DNA of 64,000 nucleotides from Yuukianura sp. NJ FZ-2021 (Eukaryota): NCBI GenBank assembly GCA_046563655.1, contig CM102283.1, positions 2,170,001 to 2,234,000 of the forward strand, read 5' to 3'. Shown piece by piece: positions 62,530 to 64,000 of this stretch (position 1 is its first letter; each line of letters starts with the position of its first letter). The notes under the pieces were generated by a model. It saw only the letters and a program-made list of their open reading frames with translations, ran no database searches and was not told where the DNA came from. The position numbers and the translations under genes were made by a program.

Positions 62530-63591
62530 ATGTCCTTCAATCGTCCTGTTCGCAGACCGCTGCCGGTTGTGCTAATTTGCCTATCAGTGATTGTGACAAC
62601 GTTCTTTCTGTTCAACGTTCAAAATTTTACACCACCCAATGTTCCCGCCTTTGTATCCAACTTCAAAATCCCGTTCATTCAAACATCATCGGCAAATTCC
62701 ACTCAATTCGGAACCGGCCCAGGCGCTGACTTAAAACTCGCTTGGATTCTGCACTTCAACTACGAACCGCATCCAGAAGTGGTCAAAATCCTGCTCCACT
62801 TTTACGCCAAACACTTTGTATTTATAGCCATCGTGTGTCCGACGGGGCGAAGTGAGAAACTGCTTCACGTCGATACGTCAACAGTTGACGCCGAAGTGGT
62901 TTGGGCTCCTGCGTGTCCAAACTACTTGCGCAACGCAGTGGCAGGACTCATGATGATTTGCTACTCAAAGGGGCTGCAGTTGCTCCAAGCCAGTTCAAAG
63001 GTCAACCAGGTCAACTTTGTCGTTTTGTCCAACGATGACGTTGTGCTCAACATGACCAAAGTGAGGGAGTTTGCGTATGAAGGACATCCAGTCTCACACA
63101 CGTCCCGACCAAAAAAGAAACCGCCAATGTTCGAACCGCCAAAACCCAACGAAACTTATTTTGAAGGCTGGTCATGGGCTAGTTGGTGGCCGGAGTGTCA
63201 AAAACTGTTTACAAAAGTGCCGCAGGAGTTCAAAAACAGATATTTGCACCGATACGGAGACAGAGCAATGAAGGGAGCCGTGGACGTATTCCTTTTGCCG
63301 CTCAAGTCTGTTCCGGAATTCCTGTTCCTAACAAGTATCGTGGGAGAGTGCTGGATCGAAATGAACATTGTAAATGCTTTGGCGATGCTCACTGAAGCTC
63401 CAACATTGTACTCGTACGACACGGAGATGCTGATGTACCATTGGCCACGTTACGGTGCCGTCGTTACACCGGAGGAATTTGAAAAAGCAATTGAAGGAAA
63501 GACAATCATGTCGTTTCATCCGTTCAAACTGAGTTTTCCTAAGCACAGAGCAGCCTTTATAGAGTTCATGACCAAGTACAAACTAAACTAA
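62530..63591 (+). CDS. GT-like array copy 9 (subfamily B)
   Basis: Intact 353-aa ORF, near-identical in its core to copies 6 and 7. Confidence 0.7.
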   Translation: MSFNRPVRRPLPVVLICLSVIVTTFFLFNVQNFTPPNVPAFVSNFKIPFIQTSSANSTQFGTGPGADLKLAWILHFNYEPHPEVVKILLHFYAKHFVFIAIVCPTGRSEKLLHVDTSTVDAEVVWAPACPNYLRNAVAGLMMICYSKGLQLLQASSKVNQVNFVVLSNDDVVLNMTKVREFAYEGHPVSHTSRPKKKPPMFEPPKPNETYFEGWSWASWWPECQKLFTKVPQEFKNRYLHRYGDRAMKGAVDVFLLPLKSVPEFLFLTSIVGECWIEMNIVNALAMLTEAPTLYSYDTEMLMYHWPRYGAVVTPEEFEKAIEGKTIMSFHPFKLSFPKHRAAFIEFMTKYKLN

Positions 63592-64000
63592 CATTCAATT
63601 TAATCTCACTCAACTATTTAGTTTTTGAATAACCATTTCAACGCCCACATTTTGTGGGTGTAATGAATTAACACGACAACAAAACCTTCAATTTAGGCTT
63701 AACTGTGATGTTAGTTGGATTTAATCAAGTTTAATTAATCATTGATTTTAGTATGTAATAACTAATATAATTAACTAATTTTCATTTATTTAAATTTTTG
63801 ATAACTTTTCTTCCCTGGCATTGGTGAGCTGTTTTTACCGTAAAAAATTTTCTTAATTTTTTTTTTGTTATAAATTTGTCTTGTCGTATTGTTGGTATTT
63901 GGCAAAACTAAAATATAATTAATAATTTGCATACTAAAAAATAAAGTAAGTAAAGTTGGTGATTTGATTCCCCTTGTTCTGCTTCAGTTTCAAAATTTCA

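Noticed and set aside
35968-63546. Recurrent alternative-frame and antisense ORFs over the GT-like genes
   Set aside because: Shadow ORFs that recur only because the underlying genes are near-identical duplicates.

Overview
This is eukaryotic, intron-containing, AT-rich animal DNA with short GT-AG introns and many MITEs. The gene families suggest a springtail (Collembola)-like arthropod, which is an inference. The left half (1-34 kb) holds three paralogous CUB-like/LDLa single-pass receptors, plus a fourth single-pass protein with the same LPPSY-type tail. It also holds a small secreted beta/gamma-crystallin-domain protein, a GPI-anchor-type gene broken by nested MITEs, PGAP1 and a divergent DOR/TP53INP-like gene. 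The right half (35-64 kb) is a tandem array of nine intronless type II membrane glycosyltransferase-like genes (STELLO/DUF288 C-terminal-like; seven intact, two disrupted) that appears to continue past the window end. Inside the array lie a chemoreceptor-like 7TM gene, SIRT5, and a near-intronless ~1,680 aa NACHT-pentapeptide-(WD-like) protein with a putative C-terminal permuted papain-like (PPPDE/LRAT-type) domain. That NACHT gene is flanked by Helentron/DINE-1-like repeats. Several non-autonomous DNA transposons have readable TSDs, and one carries a tRNA-like cassette at the centre of a palindrome. Family calls come from motif recognition only; no searches were run.
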